DNA of 64,000 nt from Utricularia gibba (taxonomy: Eukaryota > Plantae > Magnoliophyta). The position numbers were made by a program, and so were the translations under genes. The stretch's first letter is position 1, and each line of letters opens with the position of its first letter. Shown piece after piece: positions 62,025 to 64,000 of the stretch. Under the pieces are notes generated by a model, which ran no database searches, was not told the origin of the DNA, and saw only the letters and a list, made by a program, of their open reading frames with translations. The stretch is from NCBI GenBank assembly GCA_002189035.1, contig NEEC01000020.1:1860001-1924000 (forward strand), read 5' to 3'.

Positions 62025-64000
62025 CTATAAAATTTATTAATACAAACAACGTTAATGTAATTTTAATTTATTACTACGAACCTTCGATGAGTGGAAGGAT
62101 ATCGGTTCTTTCCGGTGGACTGGCGCACGGACTCAGCGGAGAAGTCCACGGTGTCGCAGCGGTGGGGTGCTCGTAAAATCCGACTCGGTGGTTCTTCAAA
62201 ATAGATATACAGAAATGAGATGGATTTTGGGTGGCTGAGGTTTGGAGAGTTTGTTCACTCACCCTCCAAACTAATATAGTTTCCCAAATCATATGTTTTG
62301 ATTTCAAATGAATCAATTTTTCAACAGAAGAAAGATGTCCCTCAAAAATCAATATACTTACAATTCAATCAATGTAAATAATGACATACTCACAGAACAA
62401 AAAAAAATGAAAGAATTGAATTACATTAAATATAAACAAATTTTAATAAATCTAAAGTTTTTCAAAAACTCAACATGTAAGCATTATTTTCAAAATACAT
62501 TACACTTAGAAATTGTTATTAATGATAGTGAAGACTTTCGTATATAACTAAAGAAATAAGTCTATTTAAAGAAAAAATACAAATACTAATAATCAAGTAG
62601 GAACACATTAGCCTAACTTTACTCTAATTGGTTCAATTTAATTAGATTGATCTTATTTCCATATTCTTCATAGGTTTATTAATTGGTTTATAATCCTTCA
62701 AAAATTCATGATTCTTTCATACCCTTGATCTAATGATATTTGTTTCATTTTCATTCTCTGTCTTTGATAACTATGTTCTCATCATGAATTCTTCGTTGTT
62801 GTAAAAGTATTGAGAATGAAAATTCAACTATTTTACATAATGTAAAATACATTTTATTAAAAAATAATTTCATTTCCTTTGTCATAATTTATTAAATAAT
62901 ACTTATATTTCATTTTTTTATATCATTTTGGATATTTACATGCCTTTTTGACTTATTTCATTAAAAGAGAATAAATTTTAAGAATTTTCTTTTTACTGCG
63001 ATTTGAAATCAATAAATCTTTAAATAAAAGTCACATTTTCAATTGGTGACTAATTCTTATATTATTTTCTAATGCTTTTCAAGGTATTTTCCTGTTTCAA
63101 TCCTTTTTCCATGGCTTCAAGTTTGCAGTGGCCTTCCCCTTGCCACGACCGCCACTTGGATGCATCCATTGACAATTCCACTTTCTTATGCGGTAGGGTA
63201 GACATGGGCATGAATCATGCTTGCAACAACTCGAGGTCCAACCCACCTAGGTAGGTCTGTGGGTCAACCCAATTCGACTGGTTCACATGTTGACCCGAAT
63301 GTGGATCAATCTGTAGACTCGTACAGATCTTCAACAAACACAAAACAAATTTCGTGGCATTTTCTCCTCTAATCTTAGGGCAAAATATAAAACCTCTGTA
63401 TACAATCATCTCTAGCAAGGATTTCTCCAAAGGAATTAATCATTGAAATGAAAAGAAATGAGTGAGTGCCACATGACTATGGAATACAACGGAGACTTAC
63501 AAATCCTCACCCACAAATTGTAAATACATAATGTAACCATCTAATCTAAAGATATTAGCAATCCACGAACAAGAGGTGATTTTGAATCCAAGTCTATTCT
63601 CAAGAGACTGAATCTCTTGTAACCAGACTTTAAAAGAAAGGAAATTAGGAGACACACTTTAGAAAGAGAAGGAATTGGAAGTGATAATCTTAGTACACCA
63701 CTAGCTAAAAGTTTGATAAGTCAAGAGTGTTCAAGCACTCAAAAAAGAAGAAACTCCTCACAATATACATGAAATGAACTAAATGTCTTCAAACAGTATA
63801 TCTCTAGAATATTTAGACTTTAAAATTGAGCTCTAACATTACAAAGCCCAAAATAATTAAAAAAAAAGCCTAAAAAGTCCAATAACACACATGAAAGATG
63901 AGAAGATGTTTGGGTTCTAAGATAGATTTAAAGTCCAGTAGTTGAACTCCTTTAATGGTAAGACTTCAAACTCAATGTTATGGGACCTGGTTGTGATAGG

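Noticed and set aside
63000-64000. Probable LTR-retrotransposon remnants at the window end (also 14575-15235 and 56040-58260)
   Set aside because: LTR-like composition only; no termini, TSD or protein motifs I can support.

Overview
AT-rich plant nuclear DNA, gene-poor and dominated by repeats. I find only one nuclear protein-coding gene: a 13-exon group II PLP-dependent aromatic L-amino-acid decarboxylase (TyDC/At2g20340-like, intron-rich clade) on the minus strand at about 59.35-61.8 kb. As assembled it has a 1-nt frameshift in exon 5 and a start codon split by a 60-nt in-frame intron. Most of 10.7-52 kb appears to be one very old plastid insertion (NUPT). Its decayed genes keep plastome order and orientation: accD-psaI-ycf4-cemA ... 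rpl20-rps12-clpP [clpP-rps12 duplicated] -psbB-psbT-psbN ... petB. It has been stretched about two-fold by nested Ty1/copia, Athila and Tekay-type Ty3, hAT, MULE and PIF/Harbinger insertions. A patchwork of unrelated plastid and mitochondrial scraps (nad5, cemA, trnG, trnF, inverted-repeat spacer) lies between the duplicated clpP-rps12 copies. Five solo LTRs with target-site duplications can be delimited exactly. All homology calls are by eye against remembered consensus sequences; no searches were run. I see no convincing evidence of a wholly new functional system. The best leads are the fossil plastome block and the unusual features of the decarboxylase gene.
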